In this document: piece by piece, positions 1 to 8,384 of the stretch
How positions within the stretch are numbered: the first letter of the stretch is position 1
Layout: each line of letters starts with the position of its first letter
Source of the DNA: Chloroflexota bacterium
Lineage (GTDB): Bacteria; Chloroflexota; Anaerolineae; Anaerolineales; DRMV01
Direction: 5' to 3'
Assembly (NCBI GenBank): GCA_013153375.1
Contig: JAADEN010000198.1
Span: 1-26,100 of the forward strand
Length of the DNA stretch: 26,100 nt
Translations under genes and position numbers: made by a program
Notes under the pieces: model-generated
Database searches by the model: none
The model's input: the letters and a program-made list of their open reading frames with translations, nothing else
Told to the model about the DNA's origin: nothing

Positions 1-3000
1 CCATCACCGTGCGCAAGGTCGGATCGGCCTGTTTCAGTTGGTCGTAGGGCACGACCAGCACCCGCGGCTCGGCGCGCAGACGGGCGAAGGGCGTGCCCTC
101 GGTGGCGGGCAGGCCGAAGGGCTGCCATTCCGCGCCCGGCGCGTCCGCGGAGCGGGACGCCGCGGCCACCAGACGCACGACTTCGCGCACGGGGTCGTAG
201 ATCAAGATGCCGCCGTGCATGGCGTCGAACACGGTGCGCAAACGCACGATGGCCTCGCGCACCAGGGTCTGGAAGTCGGTGTAGCGGGAGATGGCCACGG
301 TGAAGTCGTACAGAAGTTGCAGTTGGGCCGAGCGACGCTGCACCTGTTCCAGCAGGCGCAGGTTGGAGAGCAAACTGCCCACGGCCGCGGCCGCGGTGTG
401 CACCAGGCCCCAGAAGTCTTCGCTATACGCATTGGCCCGAGCGTGCCGAAAAGCCACGACGCCCAAAGGCTCATCGCCGTACACGATGGGCACCACCAGC
501 ACGGCCGAACGGGCCTGCATGTGTTGGTCGCGCCAATGCAGGGTGTTGAACCACAGCGCGCCTTGATTGAGGAAGGCCCACACGACGGGATGCTCGGTAT
601 CGTCCAAGCGCACGGCCTCGGGCCAAGTCTCCCGCATCTCGGGATCGTGCCGTTCGGCTACGCGCACCAAGCGGTAAGGATCCTCTTCGTCCGACAAGTA
701 GAACGCGACGGCCTGGGGATGCTCCAATTCGTACAGGGCCTGGACGACCACATCCAGCGCCTCTTGCACCGACGCGGCCGCGGTGGCCTGCGCCAGGGCG
801 GCCTGCAAACGCTGCTGCTCGCCCAGCAGCACCCGCAGCCGGGCCACCAGGCGCGCGTTGAGCAAGGCCACGCCCAAGGAGTCCACCAGGAGGCGCAAGA
901 CGGTAATGTCGGCCTCCAAAAAGGCCCGCGGCCGTTCGGCGTGCAGGTCCAACACGCCGAACAGTTGCTCGCCCAACAAGATGGGCAGGACCAGGCGCGA
1001 GCCGCCCGGCGGCACGGGCGCGCTGTCGGCGTACGCTTGCATGGCCTCGGGCGTGTTGAGGAGCACGGGCTCCCGACGGCGCGCGGCGACGGCCAAAGGA
1101 TCCTCGGACCGCAAACTCACCTGATGGGCCTTGGGAGTGAGCAGCGCCTCCGCCTGATCGCCGGCCGCGGCGTGGGCTTCCAGTTGCAGTTGGTTGGCCT
1201 GATAGACATACAAGACCGCCCGCCCCAGGGGGAAACGCTCCAGCAGGGCCCGCACGAACTCGCGCAACAAGGTCTCTTCGTCCCAGGTGCGCAAGGTGCG
1301 GCCCAGTTCCACCGCGGCTTGCAGCCACGCGGTGCGCCGCTGGGCCACATAGAACAAGCGGGCGCTTTCCAGGGCCAGGCCCAGGCGGTCGGCCAGGTCG
1401 CGCAACATCTGGCGCTCGGCTTCGTTCCAGGGTTCGGCGCGGCGCAAGTGCAGCACCGCGATGGGTTGTTCGCGCACCGCGATGGGCAATCGCAGTTCGT
1501 GCAAATCGGGCTCGCTGGCCGGCACCGTGGCCTGGGCCGTGGGCGGCAGGGCTTCGAACTCGCCCCGCGCGGTGCGATGGAAGACCTGGGCCGGAGCGAC
1601 GCGCAGGAATTCCTCCCACCCGCGGCGGGACAGTTGCCGCTGCACCCAATGCAGTTCGTCCAGGGCGCGTTCCATGCGCTGGAGCAAGAACGCGTTGTCC
1701 AACGCGACGGCCAGTTGGTCCGCGACGACGCGCAGGGTGGTCACATCCTCAGGCGTGAAGGCGTTGGGCTGGGTGCTTTGAATGTCCAGGACGCCCAGGA
1801 TGCGGCCGCCCACCCGCAACGGCAGGGCCATTTCGGAGCGGGTCAACGCGAGTTCGGGAGGCCGCACATAGTGCGGGTCCTCCTCGACATCCAGCACGAT
1901 GCGCGGGTTGCCCGTGCGGGCGACGAAGCCGACGACGCCCTCCTGGCCGACGCGCAGCCGGTGATGGCGCTCCAAGAGGCGTTGGCCGCCCTCGCTGCTG
2001 GCGGCGCGCAACTCCATCCACTCGCCCGTCTCGTCGAGCAGGAAGATGCCCACATGGTAGAAGCCGAAACGCTCGGCGATCAGGCGGGCGGTGCGCTCCA
2101 AAAGGAGGTCCGGCGAGCGCAACGAGGTGAGCAGGCGGGCCACATCGGCCGCGGCCTGAATCTGGGCCACCCGGCGCTGCAACGCGTAGGTGCGCTCGGC
2201 CACCCGCTGCTCCAGGGTGAGTTGTGAGGCCTGCACCCGCTCGGCCATGACATTGAAGACCCGCCGCAGATAGGTCACCTCGTCCTCGGCCCGCTCGTCC
2301 ACTTCCAACCGGTAGTTGTAATCGCCCTCCGCGAAACGCAGCACGCCCTCGGCCGTGTCTTCCAGAGGGCGGATGATGCGGCGGACCACGAAGCGGGCGA
2401 AGAGCCAAACCAGGATGAGGGACACCAGCGCGGTCATCGCGGGCTGAAACAGAATGCGGCTCAGGGCCCGCAACATGCGCTGCAGGGTGACATCACGCCG
2501 CGCCTCGAAGCGCTGCAGCAGAAAACGCTGGGTGAGGTGATATTCGTTGTACACATCGAAGAAGCGCCGAATCAAGGCGTTCGCGTCGTTCCAGCGGCCA
2601 TGATTGACCGCCTGGGTGATCTCCTGAATCAAGCGATTGATCTCGCGCAACAGGGCCCACGAACGGGCCAGGGGCTGCAACAGGGGATCGTCGGGAGGCA
2701 GGGCGTCGAGGAAGGCCTCCAACTCGCGGCGGTTCGATTCCAGCGCGCTGTGCAGCGCCACCAACTGCTCGCTCCACAAGATCTGCTGGGAGCGCGTCAC
2801 CTCGGGATCGTCCAGAGAGGCTTGCACATCGCGCAGCACATGGCCCGCGCGTTCGATCAAGGCGATGGTCTCGTTGGTCAGGAGCAAGGGCTCGATGTTC
2901 TTGGAAGTGCGGAGCACGAGGGTGCGCAGGCGGAACACCTGATAGCCCACCACCACGCCCAACAGCACCACGACCAGGGTGATGGCCAAGGCGAAATGCC

Positions 3001-3064
3001 GCACCGTGCGGCGCAGCACCTGGCGCGGCTGAGGTACGGTCAAGGGACGCTCGTCCAGGGTCAT
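1..3064 (-). CDS. Membrane sensor C, partial (C-terminus beyond left edge, >=1021 aa): TM - helical extracytoplasmic domain - TM - HAMP - GAF - half-GAF - further GAF repeats
   Basis: Not in ORF track. Manual translation from ATG at 3064 (RBS GGAGGTGA, ATGA overlap with upstream stop) stays open to position 1. Begins MTLDERPLTVPQPRQVLRRTVRHFALAITLVVVLLGVVVGYQ. TM2 ILFQPAMTALVSLILVWLFARFVV. HAMP IIRPLEDTAEGVLRFAEGDYNYRLEVDERAEDEVTYLRRVFNVMAERV. GAF FGFYHVGIFLLDE...TRSEMALPLRVGGRILGVLDIQSTQPNAFTPED. Later GAF-type strands LVLPILLGEQLFGVLDL and LVVPIVYGDEPLGVVAF. Confidence 0.9.
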   Translation of the reverse strand, partial: MTLDERPLTVPQPRQVLRRTVRHFALAITLVVVLLGVVVGYQVFRLRTLVLRTSKNIEPLLLTNETIALIERAGHVLRDVQASLDDPEVTRSQQILWSEQLVALHSALESNRRELEAFLDALPPDDPLLQPLARSWALLREINRLIQEITQAVNHGRWNDANALIRRFFDVYNEYHLTQRFLLQRFEARRDVTLQRMLRALSRILFQPAMTALVSLILVWLFARFVVRRIIRPLEDTAEGVLRFAEGDYNYRLEVDERAEDEVTYLRRVFNVMAERVQASQLTLEQRVAERTYALQRRVAQIQAAADVARLLTSLRSPDLLLERTARLIAERFGFYHVGIFLLDETGEWMELRAASSEGGQRLLERHHRLRVGQEGVVGFVARTGNPRIVLDVEEDPHYVRPPELALTRSEMALPLRVGGRILGVLDIQSTQPNAFTPEDVTTLRVVADQLAVALDNAFLLQRMERALDELHWVQRQLSRRGWEEFLRVAPAQVFHRTARGEFEALPPTAQATVPASEPDLHELRLPIAVREQPIAVLHLRRAEPWNEAERQMLRDLADRLGLALESARLFYVAQRRTAWLQAAVELGRTLRTWDEETLLREFVRALLERFPLGRAVLYVYQANQLQLEAHAAAGDQAEALLTPKAHQVSLRSEDPLAVAARRREPVLLNTPEAMQAYADSAPVPPGGSRLVLPILLGEQLFGVLDLHAERPRAFLEADITVLRLLVDSLGVALLNARLVARLRVLLGEQQRLQAALAQATAAASVQEALDVVVQALYELEHPQAVAFYLSDEEDPYRLVRVAERHDPEMRETWPEAVRLDDTEHPVVWAFLNQGALWFNTLHWRDQHMQARSAVLVVPIVYGDEPLGVVAFRHARANAYSEDFWGLVHTAAAAVGSLLSNLRLLEQVQRRSAQLQLLYDFTVAISRYTDFQTLVREAIVRLRTVFDAMHGGILIYDPVREVVRLVAAASRSADAPGAEWQPFGLPATEGTPFARLRAEPRVLVVPYDQLKQADPTLRTVM

Positions 3065-4773
3065 GCCGCATCACCTCCCGCCGAGGGCGGGGCGCTCTCG
3101 GAATCTTCCCCGGCGACCTCGTCGTGACCACCGCCGAAGACATCCAAAACCAGCCAGGCTTCTTGAACCTGGAAGGCCTCGCTCAGGCCTTCCAACGCGG
3201 TGCGGGCCAACAGTTCGAAGTCGAGGGCCGAAGCGAAACGGGACGCGAGTTCGTTTTGGATCTCCTCGCGATGCGCGTATTGCTGCACTTCGTCGAGCAG
3301 GCGGGCCACCATGAGGTGGTTGGTCAGCAGGGCGATCATGCCCTCCAGCAACTCGGCCTCGCCCTCCTGCCAGGGCCGCGCGCTGACCACCCGCACCTCG
3401 CCGATCTTCTGGCTGTACAGCCGAATCGGGAAGACCAGGGGCGTGGTCGGCTCCTCGCCGCCGCGCAAGAGATCGGTGCCGCCCGTCGCGGACGCGTCGC
3501 GGCGCACGACCAGGCCCTGGGTCAACTCGCCCCAGGTGCGGCCCAGCAGACGCTGCTGCAACGCCTCGATCTCGCGCAGTTGATTTTGCAGCCGCTGCAC
3601 CATGAGCACATTCGACAGGGCCAGGGCCACGCTGTTGGCCAGGGTCTGAAAAGTGCGCAGGTCTTCCTCGTCGAACGCGTCGGCCCGATCGGATTGGATG
3701 GTCATCGCGCCCAAGACCTCGCCGCGCGCGACCAGGGGCAAAGCCAGTTCCGAGCGCGTGTAGGGCAGATACGGGTTCTCGTAGTGGGTGGGGTCTTGCT
3801 GCACATTCAGCGCCACCCGAGGTTCCCGGTGGGTGATGGCCCAGGCGATCATGGAGGTGCCGCCCAACGGCAGCCGATACCCCTCGGCCACCATGCGCTG
3901 GCCGGCCTGCCCGCTGCCGGCCCGCAGGACCGCGAACTCGAAGTTCTCGTCCACCAGGAAGATGCCCACATAATACAGGCCAAACTGGCGCTGAATCTGC
4001 TCGACGACCTCTTCCATCAACTGCTTGGGGTCGGAGATGGTGCCCAAGGTGTTGACGATCTCGCTCGCGGCCCGAATCTGGCGCACCCGACGCCGCAGCA
4101 GCCGCTCCCGGTCGCTCAACCGTTGGCGCTCCTGCTCCAGAATGCGCGTCAACTGCACCGTGTCTTCCAGGGTGATCTCGAACCGCTTCTGGATGAAATG
4201 CAACAAGCCCACGATGGCGATGCTGACGATCACGAACGCGAGACCGGCGTAGATCCACTGGGTGGGGCCCAACAGGATGTGTTCGGGCACACCGGCCAGG
4301 CGTGACAGGGTCCAGCCGCGCTCCAACACCAGGTAACTGGTGGCGAAGTACAGTCCAATGGCGAAGAGCACATTGAAGACCAGCGCCCAGCCTGTGAGAA
4401 AGACCGCGCCGGCCAAAATGGCGAACACGAAGGACAGGTTGGCCTCGCTCAAATCGCCGTAGAACAGGGCCGCGTACACGGCCATGAGATATACCATGCC
4501 CAGCAAGAAGGCCACCCGCCACGAATACGGCACGGGCAGCAACGCCCGTCCCCAACTCAAAAGAAAGGTCGCGGTCAGCAGCCCCAGATAGATCCACCGC
4601 AAAATCGGGAAGTTCCAAAAGCGCCACAAGTAAGCGGCGAACAGCACGGGCAGCGCCAGGCCAGCCAGCGTCAAAAAAGTAGCGAGCAGACGCTCACGAT
4701 ACAGTTGCATCTGCTGGCTAAAAGTCGCGGTCGAATAAGGCGCGCCGTCCCGGCTCAAGCGCGGATAGGTCAT
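3061..4773 (-). CDS. Membrane sensor B (570 aa): about 6 TM input region, coiled coil, GAF, half-GAF, C-terminal GAF-like stub; no output domain seen
   Basis: ORF track. Hydrophobic segments aa ~28-195. GAF FGLYYVGIFLVDE...TRSELALPLVARGEVLGAMTIQSDRADAFDEED. No H-box, GGDEF, EAL or HD motif seen. ATGA overlaps at both ends. Confidence 0.9.
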   Translation of the reverse strand: MTYPRLSRDGAPYSTATFSQQMQLYRERLLATFLTLAGLALPVLFAAYLWRFWNFPILRWIYLGLLTATFLLSWGRALLPVPYSWRVAFLLGMVYLMAVYAALFYGDLSEANLSFVFAILAGAVFLTGWALVFNVLFAIGLYFATSYLVLERGWTLSRLAGVPEHILLGPTQWIYAGLAFVIVSIAIVGLLHFIQKRFEITLEDTVQLTRILEQERQRLSDRERLLRRRVRQIRAASEIVNTLGTISDPKQLMEEVVEQIQRQFGLYYVGIFLVDENFEFAVLRAGSGQAGQRMVAEGYRLPLGGTSMIAWAITHREPRVALNVQQDPTHYENPYLPYTRSELALPLVARGEVLGAMTIQSDRADAFDEEDLRTFQTLANSVALALSNVLMVQRLQNQLREIEALQQRLLGRTWGELTQGLVVRRDASATGGTDLLRGGEEPTTPLVFPIRLYSQKIGEVRVVSARPWQEGEAELLEGMIALLTNHLMVARLLDEVQQYAHREEIQNELASRFASALDFELLARTALEGLSEAFQVQEAWLVLDVFGGGHDEVAGEDSESAPPSAGGDAA

Positions 4774-7700
4774 TCCTCCTGCTCCTGAGAAGCGTCCCCG
4801 TCGGAGGGCGCGGGCTCCGTCGCGGAGAAGAGTTCAATTTCCACCTGATACGCCTCGAACAGGCGCTGAATCTCGGCCGCGCTGAACTCCAGCATGTTGC
4901 GCACATCGGTCAGACCGGCCAGACGCTGGGCAAAAGTGCGCAACGACTGCTCGCGCTCGATGCGCCGCCGCAAGCGCCCTTCCTGCTGGATGGCGTACAT
5001 CACACCGGCCAGGCCCTGGCTCAAAGTGAAGAGGTAAGAGCGATGCTCTTCCGAAAAGGCGCGCGGGCGCTCCCACTGCACCAAACCGATGACGCCCAGC
5101 CGCTGACGCCCCAAAACCACAGGCACGCCCAGCCATGATTCGGGGATGCGGGTCGCGACCCGGACGGCCTTGCCGATTTGGGCGATGACCTTGTGCTTGT
5201 CGCTCAGCAAGAGCGGCTGTCCGCGCTCGGCCACCTGTTGGATGAGCGCCTGTTCGGCCGGGGTCACGGTCGTGTGATAATACCGCTGCCCATAAGGGTA
5301 CACGAAGGTGTAGGCCGGGTTGCCGCCGCGGTACGAAGCCACGAAGAAGTCGGCCTCGGGCAAATGTTTTTGCAGCAGATCCCAGGCCCGCAGGTAAAGG
5401 TGCCCTTCGGAGGGCGCTTCGGGCGCGTACTCCAGAATCTTCTGCACCACTTCCCACACCGAGAGGCGCTGCTGCATGTCCACATAGAGGAAAGCCCAGC
5501 CCACCAACTCGGTGAACAACTGCTCTCGGGCCCGATCCAGCGGCATTTCGCTCTCGCCGCTGCGGGTGCCGCGGGCCCAGACCGCGAAGAGACGCCCTTG
5601 CGGGTCGCGCACGGGGTACAGGCCCAGGGTCTGCCAATTGTAGCGCCGCGCCAGCGCCGCGATCCCCAGCCCCTCGCCCTCTTCCACTACCAAATGGGTC
5701 GGCCCTTCGCTGACCAGGGAGAGCAGATTCCGCACCGACGGCGTGGTCTGCTCTTGCTCCTGCTGCGGATAGGCCACCGACCACACATCGGTCAACTCGG
5801 GCACGGGCACCAGCAAAATCCCTTCGGCCTGGGCCTTGGTCAGGCATTCCACCAGCGCGGGGATCAAATAGGAACTGTGGCTCAGGGTGGGCAGACGCTG
5901 CAACAGGCAGGACATGACCCGTTGCTTTTCTGCCTCCAAAGCCTGACCGCGCTGCAGGTGCACATATTCGAGGACCAGAGACAACTGGCGGGCCAGCAAG
6001 CGCAGCGCGAAGCGATCGTACTCGCCCGGCAAAGTGGGGTCCACGCCGCCGACGAAGAGCACCCCCAGCAGGCGGCGCGGCGTGGTCAGCGGCACGCCCA
6101 CCATCCAGGTCAACGGCGGCGGCAGGCGCAAGGACTGGCCCTCTTGGTTGGACCACATCCGCATGTCCAAGGCGCGGCCCACCTCCGAGGCCAAATGCGG
6201 CTCGAAGGAGCGCAGGGCCAGGTTGACGGCCTGAGGCAGCCGCGAGACCCGTCCCGCCGGCTGCCAGCCCTGGTCGGGCGCGTGCCACAAGCGCAGCGAC
6301 AGGTACGCAAAGCGCGGGAAGCGTTCGCTCATCCGCTGCAGGATGGTCTGCAGCACCTGGGACGCGTCCGGCCCGCGCTCCAGCGCGACGGTGGCCATGG
6401 TCACGACCAACTGCACCTGCTGGGTGCGCAGGTTCAACTCGCGCTCCATGGTAGCGTAAGTCTCCTGGAGTTGGTCGGCCAGGTCGTTGAAAGTGTAGGC
6501 CAGGAGGGCCATCTCGTCGTTGCCCACCACCTCCGCGCGGCGATCCCAGCGGCCCTGGGCGAAGGCCTCGGCCACGCTCACCAGATCCTGCACCTGGCGC
6601 AGCAGCCGCCGCCCGAAGAGCACGGCCACGCCCAAAGTCAGCGCGAGCAACGCAGCCCAAACCAAAAGCCGCAAGCGGAGCAGTTCCAACACCCCCGCGA
6701 CCGCGGCCTGCTCGGGCATGGTCACCACCAAAGCCGCTTCCAAAGGATCCACCCAGCCGGCCAGGCCCACAATTCCGGGCAGGTCCACCCACCACAGGGG
6801 GAAGGAGGTTTGCACATCGGTGTGGGTGTAAGGGACCAGACGCTGCACCGGCCCCAGCCCCCAGCGGGCCAGCAGGGCGTAGAGCCCGCGATAACGGCCC
6901 AACAAGACCGTGTGCTGCGGCTTCGAGCGCAGCGAGGCCACCACATGGCTCAGTTGCGGCCACGGCGTGGGCCGCAGGGTCTGCATGGAAGCGTCCCAGG
7001 TATAGACTGTGCCGTCGGAGGTGGCGAACGCGGCCCGGCCCTGGGGCAGCCAACGGGTCATGCGCACCAGGGTCTTCTGGATCATCAGGTCCGACGAAAT
7101 GCCCACCAGCACGCCCCGAAAACGGCCCTGCGCGTCGTAAAGGGGATACGCGCTGGCGACGGCCAACGCGTCGTCCGTGGGGCGGGTCTGCGGCACGGGA
7201 TAGACCCAATGCTGGGCCTTGCGCGCCTGCAGCGTCTCCCAATGGGCCGCCAGGGAGGGGCCGAAAGGCACCTGATCCAGCGAGCGGCCCTCCCAGTCGG
7301 TCTGAGTCGCGACCAACACCCGCCGGTCAGGGGTGACCAACGCGAAGTCAATGTAGAGCGGCGCGCCCACCTCGATGCGGGAGCGCTCGAAAAGGCGGTC
7401 GAAGAGGGTCAGGCGGGCGTTGGCGAAGCGGCGGCTCTGGGTGGACGCGGTCCACAGGGTGTGCAGCGCCTCTTGCACATCCTGGGTGTTGAGGGCCACA
7501 TCCATGCGCGCGCTGCGCTGGACCATCCACTCGTTGAATTCCATGAAGGCCGAGTCCAGCACCAACTCTTCGCGGCGCAGGTTCAATTGCACGGCCTCTT
7601 CGTAGGAACGGTAGTAGAACCAGATGCCCTCGATGGTCAACGGCAGCAGGATGCTGACCAGCAGCAACGCCACCAGGCGCAGCACCAAACGCCGCCGGAA

Positions 7701-7871
7701 GCGTCGCCGGGGGCGTCCAGACGCGCGCGCCTCGGCCGCGTCGCTCGGGCCCGACGCGGGTTCCTCGTCAAACGCCAGATCCGCGAAAGCCTCGGTGTCG
7801 GCCGGAGGCACCGGCGGCACCGCCTCGGGATCACGGCTTTCGGGATCAGGAGGAACAGCGGGCATACTCAT
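4770..7871 (-). CDS. Membrane sensor A (~1033 aa): TM - Cache-like extracytoplasmic domain - TM - HAMP - three GAF-like domains - C-terminal GAF-like stub; no output domain seen
   Basis: ORF track gives 4770..7880 (GTG). ATG at 7871 preferred because the GTG lies inside the GAGGTG RBS. Cache-like strands DFALVTPDRRVLVAT and AYPLYDAQGRFRGVLVG. HAMP QVQDLVSVAEAFAQGRWDRRAEVVGNDEMALLAYTFNDLADQL. GAF motifs MVGVPLTTPRRLLGVLFV and SWLGVPVVLGRQRLGVIGL...RAFSEEH. Confidence 0.88.
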   Translation of the reverse strand: MSMPAVPPDPESRDPEAVPPVPPADTEAFADLAFDEEPASGPSDAAEARASGRPRRRFRRRLVLRLVALLLVSILLPLTIEGIWFYYRSYEEAVQLNLRREELVLDSAFMEFNEWMVQRSARMDVALNTQDVQEALHTLWTASTQSRRFANARLTLFDRLFERSRIEVGAPLYIDFALVTPDRRVLVATQTDWEGRSLDQVPFGPSLAAHWETLQARKAQHWVYPVPQTRPTDDALAVASAYPLYDAQGRFRGVLVGISSDLMIQKTLVRMTRWLPQGRAAFATSDGTVYTWDASMQTLRPTPWPQLSHVVASLRSKPQHTVLLGRYRGLYALLARWGLGPVQRLVPYTHTDVQTSFPLWWVDLPGIVGLAGWVDPLEAALVVTMPEQAAVAGVLELLRLRLLVWAALLALTLGVAVLFGRRLLRQVQDLVSVAEAFAQGRWDRRAEVVGNDEMALLAYTFNDLADQLQETYATMERELNLRTQQVQLVVTMATVALERGPDASQVLQTILQRMSERFPRFAYLSLRLWHAPDQGWQPAGRVSRLPQAVNLALRSFEPHLASEVGRALDMRMWSNQEGQSLRLPPPLTWMVGVPLTTPRRLLGVLFVGGVDPTLPGEYDRFALRLLARQLSLVLEYVHLQRGQALEAEKQRVMSCLLQRLPTLSHSSYLIPALVECLTKAQAEGILLVPVPELTDVWSVAYPQQEQEQTTPSVRNLLSLVSEGPTHLVVEEGEGLGIAALARRYNWQTLGLYPVRDPQGRLFAVWARGTRSGESEMPLDRAREQLFTELVGWAFLYVDMQQRLSVWEVVQKILEYAPEAPSEGHLYLRAWDLLQKHLPEADFFVASYRGGNPAYTFVYPYGQRYYHTTVTPAEQALIQQVAERGQPLLLSDKHKVIAQIGKAVRVATRIPESWLGVPVVLGRQRLGVIGLVQWERPRAFSEEHRSYLFTLSQGLAGVMYAIQQEGRLRRRIEREQSLRTFAQRLAGLTDVRNMLEFSAAEIQRLFEAYQVEIELFSATEPAPSDGDASQEQEE

Positions 7872-7890
7872 GCCGTACACCTCACCCGCA

Positions 7891-7909
7891 CAAACGGGGA
7901 CGAACCCCG
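7891..7909 (-). terminator. Weak intrinsic terminator or attenuator-like hairpin between RR2 and sensor A
   Basis: Minus strand reads CGGGG-TTCGT-CCCCG followed by TTTGT. 5-bp GC stem with a short U tract. Confidence 0.4.
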
Positions 7910-7932
7910 ACCGTCAGCACGCCGGAAGCCCG

Positions 7933-8367
7933 TCACAATTCCCACACCGCTTCGCCGGCCAAGATGCGCCGAATCTGCTCCGGGAAGCGGTCAGGGTCCA
8001 GGGGTTTGCCGATGAAACCGTCAAACCCGGCCGCGCGCGCCTTGCGCATCTGCTCCTGGCTGGCCTCCGCGGTCACCGCGACCACGGGCACATCCTTGAG
8101 GTGCTCCGAAGCGCGGATCTTCTCCAGCGCCTCGTAGCCGCTCTCGTAGGGCAAGCGCAAATCCATGAGAATCAGATCCAGACGCGGCATGCGCCGGGCG
8201 AACTCGACCACCTCGTAGCCCGAGGTCTTCCACTTGGTCTCGATGCCGATAAAGCCCAGCATCCGGGCGATGAGGACGAAGTTGGCGACATTGTCTTCCA
8301 CCACCAAGACCAACGGTTTGGCCTCGGCATCGCTTTGGGTCGTGGCGGCCTGCGCGTCGAACCTCAT
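7933..8367 (-). CDS. Single-domain response regulator RR2 (CheY/DivK-like receiver, 144 aa)
   Basis: Acidic pocket VVEDN, phosphoacceptor LDLILMDLRLP, Thr in AVTA, Lys in FIGKP. No output domain. Confidence 0.95.
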   Translation of the reverse strand: MRFDAQAATTQSDAEAKPLVLVVEDNVANFVLIARMLGFIGIETKWKTSGYEVVEFARRMPRLDLILMDLRLPYESGYEALEKIRASEHLKDVPVVAVTAEASQEQMRKARAAGFDGFIGKPLDPDRFPEQIRRILAGEAVWEL

Positions 8368-8384
8368 GATAGGCGCTCTCCCCG

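Noticed and set aside
471-2408. Track ORFs 471..1649- and 1749..2408- as the genes of the left end
   Set aside because: They are Arg/Gly/Pro-rich off-frame translations. The real gene is the third minus frame from 3064, omitted by the track because it has no stop inside the window.
3061-4773. Sensors A, B and C as one gene broken by frameshifts (pseudogene)
   Set aside because: Each has its own RBS, start codon and N-terminal TM input region, and the junctions are clean ATGA overlaps after disordered tails.
1-7871. GAF domains as bilin photoreceptors or cyclic-nucleotide binders
   Set aside because: No chromophore Cys with PASDIP/DXCF-type motifs, and no complete NKFDE motif (only the F..D part), so no ligand can be assigned.
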